A stretch of 64,000 bases of DNA from the IMG/VR virus record IMGVR_UViG_3300047550_003635; one strand, 5' to 3'. Of this stretch, positions 8,766 to 18,609 are shown one piece after another. This stretch comes from a virus. Made by a program: the position numbers and the translations under genes. Position 1 is the stretch's first letter; every line of letters begins with the position of its first letter. The notes under the pieces are model-generated. The model was not told the origin of the DNA and ran no database searches. It worked only from the letters and a program-made list of their open reading frames with translations.

Positions 8766-10448
8766 ATGGCATTTCAGTTATCACCTGGGGTAAATGTATC
8801 AGAAATTGACCTGACTACAGTAGTCCCTTCAGTTGCCACATCTATTGGCGCATTTGCTGGTCCATTTGTTTGGGGACCAGCGGAACAAATTACTACCATT
8901 TCAGACGAAGTTTTGTTAGCTTCTACGTTTGGAAAACCAGATTCAACAAATTATGAATATTGGTTTTCAGCAGCAAACTTCCTATCATATACAAATAATC
9001 TTAAAGTAGTTCGTTCAGTTAATATAGCTTCAACTTTTACTGCAACAGCAAACGGTGCACCAAATGTCTTAATAAAAAATGATAATGATTGGGCAGAAAA
9101 TTTTAGTGGTGGTGCAAATACATATGGAACATTTGCTGCTCGTTATCCTGGTGCTATTGGTAACTCATTAAAAGTTTCAGTAGCAGATGCAAATACTTAC
9201 GGTAATTGGTCTTTTTCAACATCTTTCACTTCAGCACCAGGAACATCAACCTATGTATCAAATAAAGGTGGTGCAAATGATGAAATTCACATCGTTGTTA
9301 TTGATGAAGATGGTTTATTTACTGGTACCAGAAATACTGTCCTTGAAAAATTTGGGTTTGTTTCAAAAGCATCTGATGCAAAAGATGATTCTGGAAACAG
9401 TAATTATTACAAAAACGTTATTGCATCTAAATCAAAATACATAAATTGGATGTCACATCCGGAAACAGTTTCAGGAAATATCGCATGGGGTTCAGCAGCT
9501 ACAGCAAATACATTTAAGCTATTGACTGCAAATGTTACTGTATCTTTAAGTGCTGGTGCAGATGGAACAGTATCCACAGCAAACGTAGTAACTTCTTATG
9601 ATTCGTTTGACCCCGCAGAATCAGTTGACATTTCATTAGTTGTTTCTGGACCAGCAAATCAAACAGTTGCAGATAGTTTGATTTCAATGTGTGAAACACG
9701 TAAAGATTGCGTTGTGTTCTTATCTCCAGAAAAAGCTGACGTTGTTGATAATGGTGGCTCAGAAGTTACCGATACAAGAGCATATCGTGATACACTAACA
9801 AGTTCATCATACGCAGTATTGGATAGTAATTGGAAATATCAATATGACAAATATAACGATGTTTATCGTTGGGTTCCACTAAATGGTGATATAGCAGGTC
9901 TATGTGCAAGAACAGATTTGGAACGTGACCCATGGTATTCACCAGGTGGATTAAATCGCGGTATTATCAAAAATGTAATTAAATTGGCATATAATCCAAC
10001 AAAAACAAATCGTGATGATTTGTATGTAAAAGGTATTAATCCTGTTGTTGCTTTCCCAGGCGAAGGAACTATATTGTTCGGTGATAAAACAATGCAATCT
10101 AAACCTAGTGCATTTGACCGTATCAATGTTCGTCGTTTGTTTATTGTTCTTGAAAAAGCAATTGCACGTGCTGCACGTTACTCATTGTTTGAATTCAATG
10201 ACCAATTTACAAGAGCGCAGTTTGTATCATTAGTTGAACCATTCTTGCGCGATGTTCAAGGTCGTCGTGGAATTACTGATTATCGTGTTGTTTGTGATGA
10301 GACAAACAATACTGGTGAAGTAATTGACCGCAATGAATTTGTTGGCGATATTTACATTAAACCTGCTCGTTCAATTAACTTTATCCAACTTAACTTCGTT
10401 GCAGTTCGCACAGGTGTAAGTTTCGATGAAGTTGTTGGGAAATTTTAA
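8766..10448 (+). CDS. gp18: Tail sheath protein
   Basis: MAFQLSPGV, SAFDRINVRRLF, IKPARSINFI. Confidence 0.95.
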   Translation: MAFQLSPGVNVSEIDLTTVVPSVATSIGAFAGPFVWGPAEQITTISDEVLLASTFGKPDSTNYEYWFSAANFLSYTNNLKVVRSVNIASTFTATANGAPNVLIKNDNDWAENFSGGANTYGTFAARYPGAIGNSLKVSVADANTYGNWSFSTSFTSAPGTSTYVSNKGGANDEIHIVVIDEDGLFTGTRNTVLEKFGFVSKASDAKDDSGNSNYYKNVIASKSKYINWMSHPETVSGNIAWGSAATANTFKLLTANVTVSLSAGADGTVSTANVVTSYDSFDPAESVDISLVVSGPANQTVADSLISMCETRKDCVVFLSPEKADVVDNGGSEVTDTRAYRDTLTSSSYAVLDSNWKYQYDKYNDVYRWVPLNGDIAGLCARTDLERDPWYSPGGLNRGIIKNVIKLAYNPTKTNRDDLYVKGINPVVAFPGEGTILFGDKTMQSKPSAFDRINVRRLFIVLEKAIARAARYSLFEFNDQFTRAQFVSLVEPFLRDVQGRRGITDYRVVCDETNNTGEVIDRNEFVGDIYIKPARSINFIQLNFVAVRTGVSFDEVVGKF

Positions 10449-10475
10449 TAAATAGAGAAAACAGGAGAATATTCA

Positions 10476-11021
10476 ATGGCATTTTCAGTAAACGAGTTTA
10501 GAAGTCAATTAACTGGAGACGGTGCACGTCCCAATTTATTTGAAGTTTCTCTGCCTTTCCCTGCGTTCTCAGCACCAGGAAATGCTCAAACTAAATTTAC
10601 ATTCATGTGTAAGACAGCACAATTGCCAGGTTCTACTCTTGGAGTAGTTCCTGTGCAGTATTTTGGTCGTGAACTAAAGTTTGTTGGCAATAGAACTTTT
10701 GCCGATTGGACAGTAACAATAATCAACGATGAAGATTTCGTTATCCGCAATGCTTTTGAGCGTTGGATGAACGGTATCAATAGTCATAATCTTAATGTTC
10801 GTAATCCAGCAGCATTAGCACCTTTGGGTTACACAGTTGACGGTGATGTTACTCAATTTGGTAAAAATGGTAACACTTTGAAAAAATATAAATTTGTTGG
10901 TTTATTCCCAACAGACATTACTCCAATTGATGTTGATTGGGGTTCAAATGATACAATTGAAGAATTTTCTGTTAGCCTATCTTACCAATGGTGGGAATCG
11001 GTAGCAGATGGTGTGGTCTAA
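10476..11021 (+). CDS. gp19: Tail tube protein
   Basis: GARPNLFEV, GRELKFVGNRTFADWTVTIINDEDF. Confidence 0.95.
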   Translation: MAFSVNEFRSQLTGDGARPNLFEVSLPFPAFSAPGNAQTKFTFMCKTAQLPGSTLGVVPVQYFGRELKFVGNRTFADWTVTIINDEDFVIRNAFERWMNGINSHNLNVRNPAALAPLGYTVDGDVTQFGKNGNTLKKYKFVGLFPTDITPIDVDWGSNDTIEEFSVSLSYQWWESVADGVV

Positions 11022-11045
11022 GAAAGGGGACTTCGGTCCTCTTTC
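11022..11045 (+). terminator. cUUCGg hairpin after gp19 (terminator or stabilizer)
   Basis: GAAAGGGGAC-TTCG-GTCCTCTTTC. Confidence 0.7.
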
Positions 11046-11071
11046 AAAATTTTTTATAGGATGATTTATTA

Positions 11072-12739
11072 ATGGCAATTAAACTTTTCGGCTTCACGCT
11101 CGGAAAACCAGACGTAACTCAGGTTCAAAACCCTGACCAAAGGTCTTTTGTTCCTCCAACAAGCACGATTGATGATGGTGCTGTTACCATTACTCAAAAT
11201 GCGTATTATGGAACATATGTTGACCTTGAAGGTGCAGTTAGAAATGAAATAGAACTCATTACACGATATCGTGAAATGGCTAATCACCCAGAATTGGAAA
11301 TGGCTATTGATGATATCGTTAATGAAGCTATTTCTCACGATGATACTGGTCGAACAGTAAATCTAGTTCTTGACAAACTAAAACAACCAGAATCAATTAA
11401 AAAGAAAATATTAGAAGAATTTGAAAACATTCTAAAAATGCTGAATTTCAGTAATTTGGCAGATGACCTTTTCAAACGTTGGTATATTGATGGACGAATT
11501 TATTATCATGTTCTTGTTGATGAATCAAATCCAAAATTAGGAATTCAAGAACTTCGTTTTATTGACCCAAGAAAGATTCGTAAAGTTCGTGAAATAAAGA
11601 AAATGCGCGACCCTAAAACTGGCGCTAATATTATTGAATCGATGGCAGAATACTATGTTTACAATGATAAGGGTCAACCAACACAAACATATACCAGTAA
11701 TATCAATGCTGGTTTAAGAATTGCACCAGAATCCATCATCAATGTCAATTCAGGATTGATGGACGCTAAAAACACTTTTGTAATTTCATATCTTCATAAA
11801 GCAATTAAGCCACTCAATCAACTTCGTATGATTGAAGATGCTGTTGTTATTTACCGTTTATCACGCGCACCAGAACGTCGTATATTTTATATTGACGTAG
11901 GTAATTTACCAAAAGGTAAAGCTGAACAATACTTGCGTGATATCATGATTAAGTATAAAAATAAAATGGTTTATGATGCAAATACTGGTGAATTACGCGA
12001 TGACCGTAAACATATGTCAATGCTTGAGGATTTTTGGTTGCCTCGTCGTGAAGGTGGTAAAGGAACTGAAATTACTACTTTACCCGCAGGTCAAAATCTT
12101 GGTGAAATGGAAGATGTCAAATATTTCCGTCAAAAACTTTTAAATTCATTGAACGTTCCAATTTCACGTTTGGAACAACAACAAGGTGGTATGATTGGTG
12201 TTGGTAGAACTGCCGAAGTTACCCGTGATGAAGTTAAATTTACCAAATTCATTATGAGATTGCGTAATAAATTCTCACAAATTTTCGACAATGCATTACG
12301 AATACAACTCGTATTGAAAGGTATTTGCACCTCAGAAGAATGGGATGAATTTAAAGAAAGTATTTACTATGATTATATTCGTGATAATCACTTTACAGAA
12401 TTAAGAGATACTGAATTATTACGCGAAAGAATCTCAACACTAAATGTAGTTGACCCATATATTGGAAGATTCTATTCTGCAAATTGGGTTAAAAGAAATG
12501 TTCTAAGATTCTCAACAGAAGAAATAGAACAGATGCAAAAAGAAAACGAAGAAGAAGAAAAACAAGGTATTGGTGGACCAACTCAAATGATGCTTCAACA
12601 GCAACAAGAAAATCAACAAATGCAACAACAATATCCACCAGAAGATAATACTCAAGATGATAGTGATTCACAAGAAACAAAAACGCCACAGTTAGATGCA
12701 CAAGTAATTAACTACTCTAACAGACTAAATAGAAAATAA
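11072..12739 (+). CDS. gp20: Portal protein
   Basis: RAPERRIFYIDVGNLPK, EDFWLPRREGGKGTEITTLP. Confidence 0.95.
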   Translation: MAIKLFGFTLGKPDVTQVQNPDQRSFVPPTSTIDDGAVTITQNAYYGTYVDLEGAVRNEIELITRYREMANHPELEMAIDDIVNEAISHDDTGRTVNLVLDKLKQPESIKKKILEEFENILKMLNFSNLADDLFKRWYIDGRIYYHVLVDESNPKLGIQELRFIDPRKIRKVREIKKMRDPKTGANIIESMAEYYVYNDKGQPTQTYTSNINAGLRIAPESIINVNSGLMDAKNTFVISYLHKAIKPLNQLRMIEDAVVIYRLSRAPERRIFYIDVGNLPKGKAEQYLRDIMIKYKNKMVYDANTGELRDDRKHMSMLEDFWLPRREGGKGTEITTLPAGQNLGEMEDVKYFRQKLLNSLNVPISRLEQQQGGMIGVGRTAEVTRDEVKFTKFIMRLRNKFSQIFDNALRIQLVLKGICTSEEWDEFKESIYYDYIRDNHFTELRDTELLRERISTLNVVDPYIGRFYSANWVKRNVLRFSTEEIEQMQKENEEEEKQGIGGPTQMMLQQQQENQQMQQQYPPEDNTQDDSDSQETKTPQLDAQVINYSNRLNRK

Positions 12740-12750
12740 TTGGAGATAAT

Positions 12751-12954
12751 ATGGATATTGGTCAATTTTTAAATAATGTTGCAGCAGGAAATGCAAACGA
12801 TGCTAAAGAAAATATAAATGATATTCTTTCTGCAAAAGCATTTGAAGCATTAGATGCACAGAAAGAAGAATTAGCAAAAACAATGTTCAATCATAATGAA
12901 CAAGAATTGGAAAATACTAACGAAGTTGAAACGGAATCAGATACAGAACAATAA
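12751..12954 (+). CDS. Prohead core protein, gp67-like
   Basis: Small acidic protein directly after portal. Confidence 0.55.
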   Translation: MDIGQFLNNVAAGNANDAKENINDILSAKAFEALDAQKEELAKTMFNHNEQELENTNEVETESDTEQ

Positions 12955-13595
12955 TGAAACTATTAAAAGAATTTAAAAATTCAAATAAATTAGAAGAAAA
13001 AGTTGTTGATATAACAACATCTGATTTTAAAATTGAACCATCGGGAAGAAAAGCTAGAGCCCATAGATTTAAAGTTGGTGAAAAGCCATCTATTAATGCT
13101 AATGTAGCAAATACTATGGCAACAACGGCTACTTCTCCTAATATGTCAAATTTCAATCAAAGTTATCCTATCACTGAAGTTTTGGCTAATGCTGAACCTG
13201 ACCCGCCTTATGTTTTATTGTTGAAAAGAACAGCAATTAGACTTTATCCAAATGAGATGAGAGTTGCTTTATATTACAATAAACAATTAGATAAACATTT
13301 TTCTGTTCCTTATGGTTTAAAAGGTTCAGCGGGTGTTATACAAGCAGAAGAAATTGAGCCGATTGAAGAATCTGTGATGGACCAATTACATAAAATTGTC
13401 GATAACAAGTCAGCACAAAGAGTTAAATTTGCATCAGGAGAAACGAGAAAAGTTGACCATTTTACGGCTTCGGCTATTACTCAAGTTCACAAAGCACTGA
13501 ATGATGAAAATAAAAAGAAATTTTCAGATATGGTGCACAAATCTCCACAACATTTAATGAAAGCTGCCGATTTTGCTTTTAAACATGTCAAATGA
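12954..13595 (+). CDS. Hypothetical head-cluster protein, modular with L/I-x-E linkers
   Basis: Coupled ORF between gp67-like and gp68-like genes; KLEE, ITE, EEIEPIEE segments. Confidence 0.6.
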   Translation: MKLLKEFKNSNKLEEKVVDITTSDFKIEPSGRKARAHRFKVGEKPSINANVANTMATTATSPNMSNFNQSYPITEVLANAEPDPPYVLLLKRTAIRLYPNEMRVALYYNKQLDKHFSVPYGLKGSAGVIQAEEIEPIEESVMDQLHKIVDNKSAQRVKFASGETRKVDHFTASAITQVHKALNDENKKKFSDMVHKSPQHLMKAADFAFKHVK

Positions 13596-14026
13596 ACTTT
13601 TTAAAATTAATAACAGAAAATAAACTTGATGAAGCAAAGCAAAAATTATTTGAAAAGTTGGAACTTAAAATTGTTGAGAAGTTGATTGAATTAAAAAAAG
13701 ATATTGTTGACATGACATATAATTTGGACGAAGCAGTTAAACGAAATCCAAATATAGTGAAGATGGGAAGAATCACAAGAATTAGAAGAAGAATTAGAAG
13801 AAATGCTAAGGGTCAAATTGTTATTCAAAGAAACAGAAAAAGAAGTAATATAAAAGGATATAGAATACAAGGTTCTTCGATAAGACGAATATCAGCAGTT
13901 GATAGATTGCATAAAGCAAGATTGCTCAAACGTTCTTGGAGAACAACTAGAAAAGGTAAACTTCGCCGTTCATTGATGAGAAGAACCATGTCAATGCGTA
14001 GGCGTCAATCAATGGGAATAAGATAA
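13592..14026 (+). CDS. gp68: Prohead core protein, gp68-like
   Basis: Acidic N-half, LDE site, then very Arg-rich tail ending RRRQSMGIR; position. Confidence 0.65.
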   Translation: MNFLKLITENKLDEAKQKLFEKLELKIVEKLIELKKDIVDMTYNLDEAVKRNPNIVKMGRITRIRRRIRRNAKGQIVIQRNRKRSNIKGYRIQGSSIRRISAVDRLHKARLLKRSWRTTRKGKLRRSLMRRTMSMRRRQSMGIR

Positions 14027-14027
14027 A

Positions 14028-14375
14028 ATGTCATTCGAAATTATAAACTCAGTTAGAACACCTTCGATTATTAATATCGTTAATCCTGGAACAACAACGA
14101 TTTTCTTGGCTAATCTTTCAGCTAATGCTAATGAAACCGTTAATTATGCCAATATCAGAAAATTAAATTGGTCAACAAACGGTAATATTACTATTACAAG
14201 AAATTCAGTTCCAATCATTACGCTTCACAATGCTGGTGAATTGCGTTGTGATGATTTTGGATTTAGTTTTGCAAATAATAATACTCAAAGTATTGTCGTA
14301 ACAATCAATACAGGTGGTTCTTTGGTCATGGAAGTAACAAAAGATTGTAACTATGCAACTGCTCTTATAGGATAA
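14028..14375 (+). CDS. Hypothetical beta-rich probable virion protein
   Basis: Coupled ORF before gp21; Asn/Thr-rich. Confidence 0.6.
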   Translation: MSFEIINSVRTPSIINIVNPGTTTIFLANLSANANETVNYANIRKLNWSTNGNITITRNSVPIITLHNAGELRCDDFGFSFANNNTQSIVVTINTGGSLVMEVTKDCNYATALIG

Positions 14376-14379
14376 TTCC

Positions 14380-15030
14380 ATGAAATTAATACGAGAACAT
14401 ATTGAATCAGTAAAACATATTACCGAAGCGACAGAAAACGGTAAAAAACACATGTATATTGAAGGAACTTTTCTTGTTGGAGATAGAGTAAACAAGAATA
14501 ATCGCATGTATCGTATGGATACTTTGCGTAATGAAGTCACTCGGTATACAAAAGAATTGATTGAAACAAATCGTGCTTTAGGTGAATTGGGTCATCCAGA
14601 CACACCTAGTATTAATTTGGACCGCGCATGTATTAGAATTGTTTCTCTCAAAGAAAATGACAATACTTTTACAGGTAAAGCACTGATTCTTGATACTCCA
14701 AACGGTAATATTGTTAAAAATTTACTTGATGGCGGTGTTAATTTGGGTGTTTCATCAAGAGCATTAGGTTCTGTTTCTATGACCAAAGAAGGATATAATT
14801 TGGTACAAGATGACCTAAGACTTGCAACTGCCGCTGATGTTGTTGCTGACCCGTCTGCACCAGGCGCATTTGTAAACGGAATAATGGAAAACAAAGAGTG
14901 GATGATGATTGATGGTAAATTTGTCGAAGAAGATTTTGATAATTATAAAAGAATTATTAAGAGTGCGCCTAAATCACAAATCGAACAAACAGCATTAAAA
15001 CTCTTTGAAAACTATTTACGAAAACTTTGA
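14380..15030 (+). CDS. gp21: Prohead protease
   Basis: ALGELGHP, GVSSRALGS, DVVADPSAPGAFV. Confidence 0.95.
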   Translation: MKLIREHIESVKHITEATENGKKHMYIEGTFLVGDRVNKNNRMYRMDTLRNEVTRYTKELIETNRALGELGHPDTPSINLDRACIRIVSLKENDNTFTGKALILDTPNGNIVKNLLDGGVNLGVSSRALGSVSMTKEGYNLVQDDLRLATAADVVADPSAPGAFVNGIMENKEWMMIDGKFVEEDFDNYKRIIKSAPKSQIEQTALKLFENYLRKL

Positions 15031-15034
15031 AATT

Positions 15035-15042
15035 TATAAATA
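15035..15042 (+). promoter_or_regulatory. T4 late promoter TATAAATA (gp22/gp23)
   Basis: Exact consensus in intergenic gap. Confidence 0.8.
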
Positions 15043-15064
15043 AGAAATCATAAGGAGAAATCTA

Positions 15065-16153
15065 ATGGCAACAAATAAACTTATGGAAGCTGCGGCAGAT
15101 ATTCTTTCTCAAAGCAAGAAAGCTGCTCCTGCTATGCCCATGCAAAAACCCGAAGATTCTACTTCAGTAGATTTGGGTGGTCCAAAACAAGATGTAGGTT
15201 CAAATAAAGTTGCAACATCGATTGATGATATCTACAATCATTATAAGATGGATGCAGCAAAAGCAGCTAAAAGTGCTACTGCACCAACAACCAAACCATC
15301 AAATGCTTCACCTGATAAACAAGATACTTTGAAAAAAGTATCAGAAGAAGAAGAAATTGATGATGAAGTAATTGCAGAAGAAGAAGTTTCAGAAGAACAA
15401 GAAAATATTGTTGAAGCATGGAAAAAGAAAATGAAAGAAGATGTTGATGCATTGTTCTCAGATGATTCAACAATTTCTGAAGATTTCAAATCCAAAGCAG
15501 CAACAATTTTTGAAGCACGTGTTACAGACCGTGTTCAACAAATCGAAGAAGAAATTGATGCCAAATATGCTGAAATGTTAGAAGAAGCTGTTGGTGCAAT
15601 TCAAGCAGATTTAACTGAAAAAGTTGACGATTATCTTAACTACGTTGTTGAACAATGGATGGAAGAAAATCAAATTGCAATCGAATCATCACTACGCTCA
15701 GAATTGACCGAAGAATTTATTGGTGGATTACGTGACTTATTTGTTGAACATTATATCGATGTTCCAGAAGATAAAGTTGATTTGGTTGACGAATTGGCTG
15801 GTCAAGTTGAAGAACTAGAAACCAAGTTGAATGAAGAAATTGAACGTGGTATCGAAATTAGAAAACAACTAATTGAATCAGTCAAAACAGAAATTACTTA
15901 TGAAGTTTGCGATGGTTTAACCGATACTCAAGTTGAAAAAATCAAATCACTTGCAGAAAGTGTTGAATTCTCCACAGAGGACGAATACAGAACAAAACTT
16001 GAAACTATCCGTGAAAACTATTTCCCATCAGGTGTTAAAAAAGCTGATGAACAACAACTTCATGAGGAAATTGAAACCGACGAGAAAGTAGTTGCAACCG
16101 ACGCTTTCGTTGCCGCTGTTTCAAAAGCAATAACAAGAACAACAGTAAAATAA
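15065..16153 (+). CDS. gp22: Prohead scaffolding/core protein
   Basis: Acidic coiled coil; FKSKAATIFEA, VDDYLNYVVEQW; synteny. Confidence 0.9.
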   Translation: MATNKLMEAAADILSQSKKAAPAMPMQKPEDSTSVDLGGPKQDVGSNKVATSIDDIYNHYKMDAAKAAKSATAPTTKPSNASPDKQDTLKKVSEEEEIDDEVIAEEEVSEEQENIVEAWKKKMKEDVDALFSDDSTISEDFKSKAATIFEARVTDRVQQIEEEIDAKYAEMLEEAVGAIQADLTEKVDDYLNYVVEQWMEENQIAIESSLRSELTEEFIGGLRDLFVEHYIDVPEDKVDLVDELAGQVEELETKLNEEIERGIEIRKQLIESVKTEITYEVCDGLTDTQVEKIKSLAESVEFSTEDEYRTKLETIRENYFPSGVKKADEQQLHEEIETDEKVVATDAFVAAVSKAITRTTVK

Positions 16154-16173
16154 TAATTTAGGAGAAAATAAAC

Positions 16174-17496
16174 ATGTATTTGTCCGAATCACTACAAAAA
16201 AAATGGGAATCAGTTCTAGACCATCCAGAACTCCCAAAAATTTCTGACCCATATCGTAAAGCAGTTACAGCAGTTGTATTGGAAAACCAAGCTGCTGAAA
16301 TGATTAAATCAGGTCAGATGTTGCAAGAAGCTACTCCAGCAAACGCTGCCGGCACAGGTGGTTTTGGTGGTGGTGCAGCAGCAGGCGGTCCAGTTGCTGG
16401 TTTTGACCCAATTCTAATCAGCTTGGTTCGTCGTTCATTGCCAAATCTTATCGCTTATGACATCTGCGGCGTTCAGCCAATGACTGGTCCTACCGGTTTG
16501 ATTTTTGCAATGCGTTCAACCTATGGCACAGCAAACGTAACTGCTGGCGCAGCAGAAACATTCTACAACGAAGTTAATACTGGCTTTGGTGGTATTGCTG
16601 GTGCACAACAAGCATTGACTGTTGGTTCTGCCGCAGCTAACACTTTCGTTGCTAACGCAGCAGCTTGCACAGCAATGACAACTGCAACAGCAGAAAACTT
16701 GACTTTCAACGAAATGGCATTCAGCATTGAGAAAGTTACTGTAACTGCTGGTACACGTGCATTGAAAGCTGAATACTCAATCGAACTTGCACAAGACTTG
16801 AAAGCAGTTCATGGTCTTGACGCAGAAACCGAATTGGCAAACATTCTTTCAGCAGAAATTCTTTCTGAAATTAACCGTGAAGTTGTTCGCACAATTTACG
16901 GTACCGCAGTAACTGGTTGCCAAACTGGTACAACAACTGCTGGTAAGTTTGACTTGGATACCGATTCAAACGGTCGTTGGATGGTTGAGAAAATCAAAGG
17001 TCTTGCATTCCAACTAGAACGTGAAGCTAATGCAATTGCAAAAACCACTCGTCGTGGTAAAGGTAACATTGTAATTTGCTCAAGCGATGTTGCTTCTGCA
17101 TTTGCAATGGCTGGATTGCTTGACTATAATTCAGCATTGAAAGACCAAGTTAACCTAACCGTTGACGATACTGGTAACACTTTTGCTGGTACCATGTTCG
17201 GTCGTATCAAAGTTTATATCGACCCATTTTCAACCACAAATGCATCGCAAGAATTTGCAGTTGTTGGTTACAAAGGAACAAACGCTTATGACGCAGGTCT
17301 TTTCTACTGCCCATACGTTCCTCTACAAATGGTTCGTGCAGTTGATACAACCAACTTCCAACCAAAGATTGGCTTCAAGACTCGTTACGGTCTAGTTGCA
17401 AATCCATTCGCTCAAGGTACCACAGCAGGTCTTGGTGCATTGAACGTATTGAGCAATTACTACTATCGCGCATTCAAAATTGCGAATATTATGTAA
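16174..17496 (+). CDS. gp23: Major capsid protein
   Basis: DICGVQPMTGPTGLIFAMR, ELAQDLKAVHGLDAE, FQPKIGFKTRYG. Confidence 0.97.
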   Translation: MYLSESLQKKWESVLDHPELPKISDPYRKAVTAVVLENQAAEMIKSGQMLQEATPANAAGTGGFGGGAAAGGPVAGFDPILISLVRRSLPNLIAYDICGVQPMTGPTGLIFAMRSTYGTANVTAGAAETFYNEVNTGFGGIAGAQQALTVGSAAANTFVANAAACTAMTTATAENLTFNEMAFSIEKVTVTAGTRALKAEYSIELAQDLKAVHGLDAETELANILSAEILSEINREVVRTIYGTAVTGCQTGTTTAGKFDLDTDSNGRWMVEKIKGLAFQLEREANAIAKTTRRGKGNIVICSSDVASAFAMAGLLDYNSALKDQVNLTVDDTGNTFAGTMFGRIKVYIDPFSTTNASQEFAVVGYKGTNAYDAGLFYCPYVPLQMVRAVDTTNFQPKIGFKTRYGLVANPFAQGTTAGLGALNVLSNYYYRAFKIANIM

Positions 17497-17526
17497 TATA
17501 AAACCACCATCAAGAGTGGTCTTAGA

Positions 17527-17555
17527 AAGGGGAGTAGAAATACTCCCCTTTTTTT
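17527..17555 (+). terminator. Rho-independent terminator after gp23
   Basis: AAGGGGAGTA-GAAA-TACTCCCCTT followed by T run. Confidence 0.9.
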
Positions 17556-17560
17556 ATGCT

Positions 17561-17568
17561 TATAAATA
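17561..17568 (+). promoter_or_regulatory. T4 late promoter TATAAATA (gp3)
   Basis: Exact consensus. Confidence 0.75.
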
Positions 17569-17594
17569 GTAGATAAACAACAGATTGTAAATCT

Positions 17595-18134
17595 ATGACA
17601 GCTATCTCAAGAAATCCTTCAAATCCAAATCTATTACAAGTTAATAAGTATGTGTTGACATTTGCCAGATGTCCGAATATGCAATATTTTTGTCAATCGG
17701 TAAATGTTCCTGGTGTATCTAAAGTAGAAATACAACAAACAACACCATTTGTTGATAGATATGTTCCAGGTGAAAAAGCGATTTATGATTTACTAAACGT
17801 AACATTTATGGTAGATGAAGAATTGACTGCTTGGTTAGAAATTCACGATTGGATTCGCGCAATGACATTCCCAGAAAATTTTCAAGAATATCGTGATTTG
17901 TCAAAATTAACAAAATTCACGGGTGCTTTATCATCAATGGGACCTCAATATACTGATGGCTCTTTATTACTATTATCATCATCAAATAAACCATATTATA
18001 AATTTAAATTTTATGATATGTTTCCCACAAGTATTTCTTCTTTTATAATGAATTCTTCTGATAGCCCCGAAAATATTATAACCGCCGATGCTTCTTTTAG
18101 ATATTCTTATTTCGATGTAGAAAAGTTGTTTTGA
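17595..18134 (+). CDS. gp3: Tail completion / sheath terminator protein
   Basis: YFCQSVNVPG, FMVDEE..WLEIHDW, FPTSI, ASFRY; position after gp23. Confidence 0.85.
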   Translation: MTAISRNPSNPNLLQVNKYVLTFARCPNMQYFCQSVNVPGVSKVEIQQTTPFVDRYVPGEKAIYDLLNVTFMVDEELTAWLEIHDWIRAMTFPENFQEYRDLSKLTKFTGALSSMGPQYTDGSLLLLSSSNKPYYKFKFYDMFPTSISSFIMNSSDSPENIITADASFRYSYFDVEKLF

Positions 18135-18154
18135 TGTTTTTTTTGTGATATAAT
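18126..18154 (+). promoter_or_regulatory. Sigma70-like promoter for uvsY
   Basis: TTGTTT-17nt-TATAAT with TG extension. Confidence 0.5.
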
Positions 18155-18162
18155 AATATATT

Positions 18163-18609
18163 ATGGAGATTAATATGTTAGTTTTAGATGAACTATTAGA
18201 AATGTGGAATAAAGATTCGGTAATTGATAGAACTGAACCTGGCAATGCATTAATTGATATACCAAAACTGCACAGTAAATATTTAAACATTCTATCAAAA
18301 CATAGACTGTTTTCTAAAGAAGCTGAGTTCAAGTATAATCAATTACGCAGAGTTAAATGGGAATATTATACTGGAAAATTGGATGAGACAACTCTAAAAC
18401 AAAGAGGATGGGAACCATTTCCTTATGTTTTAAAATCGGAAGTTAATTCGTATATTGAAAGTGATGAAGATTTAAACAAATTATTGGCAAGAAAAATAAT
18501 GCATGATGAAATTGTTGATGTTTGCACTTCAATTCTCAAAGAACTAAATTCCAGAACTTTTCAGTTGAGAGACTTTATAGCATGGGAAAGGTTTATACAG
18601 GGTGCCTGA
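18163..18609 (+). CDS. uvsY: Recombination mediator UvsY
   Basis: IPKLHSKYL, KWEYYTGK, YIESDED; synteny. Confidence 0.9.
   Translation: MEINMLVLDELLEMWNKDSVIDRTEPGNALIDIPKLHSKYLNILSKHRLFSKEAEFKYNQLRRVKWEYYTGKLDETTLKQRGWEPFPYVLKSEVNSYIESDEDLNKLLARKIMHDEIVDVCTSILKELNSRTFQLRDFIAWERFIQGA

Noticed and set aside
12540-12739. Gln/Glu-rich tail of the portal protein
   Set aside because: Variable low-complexity acidic C-termini are ordinary in T4-like gp20
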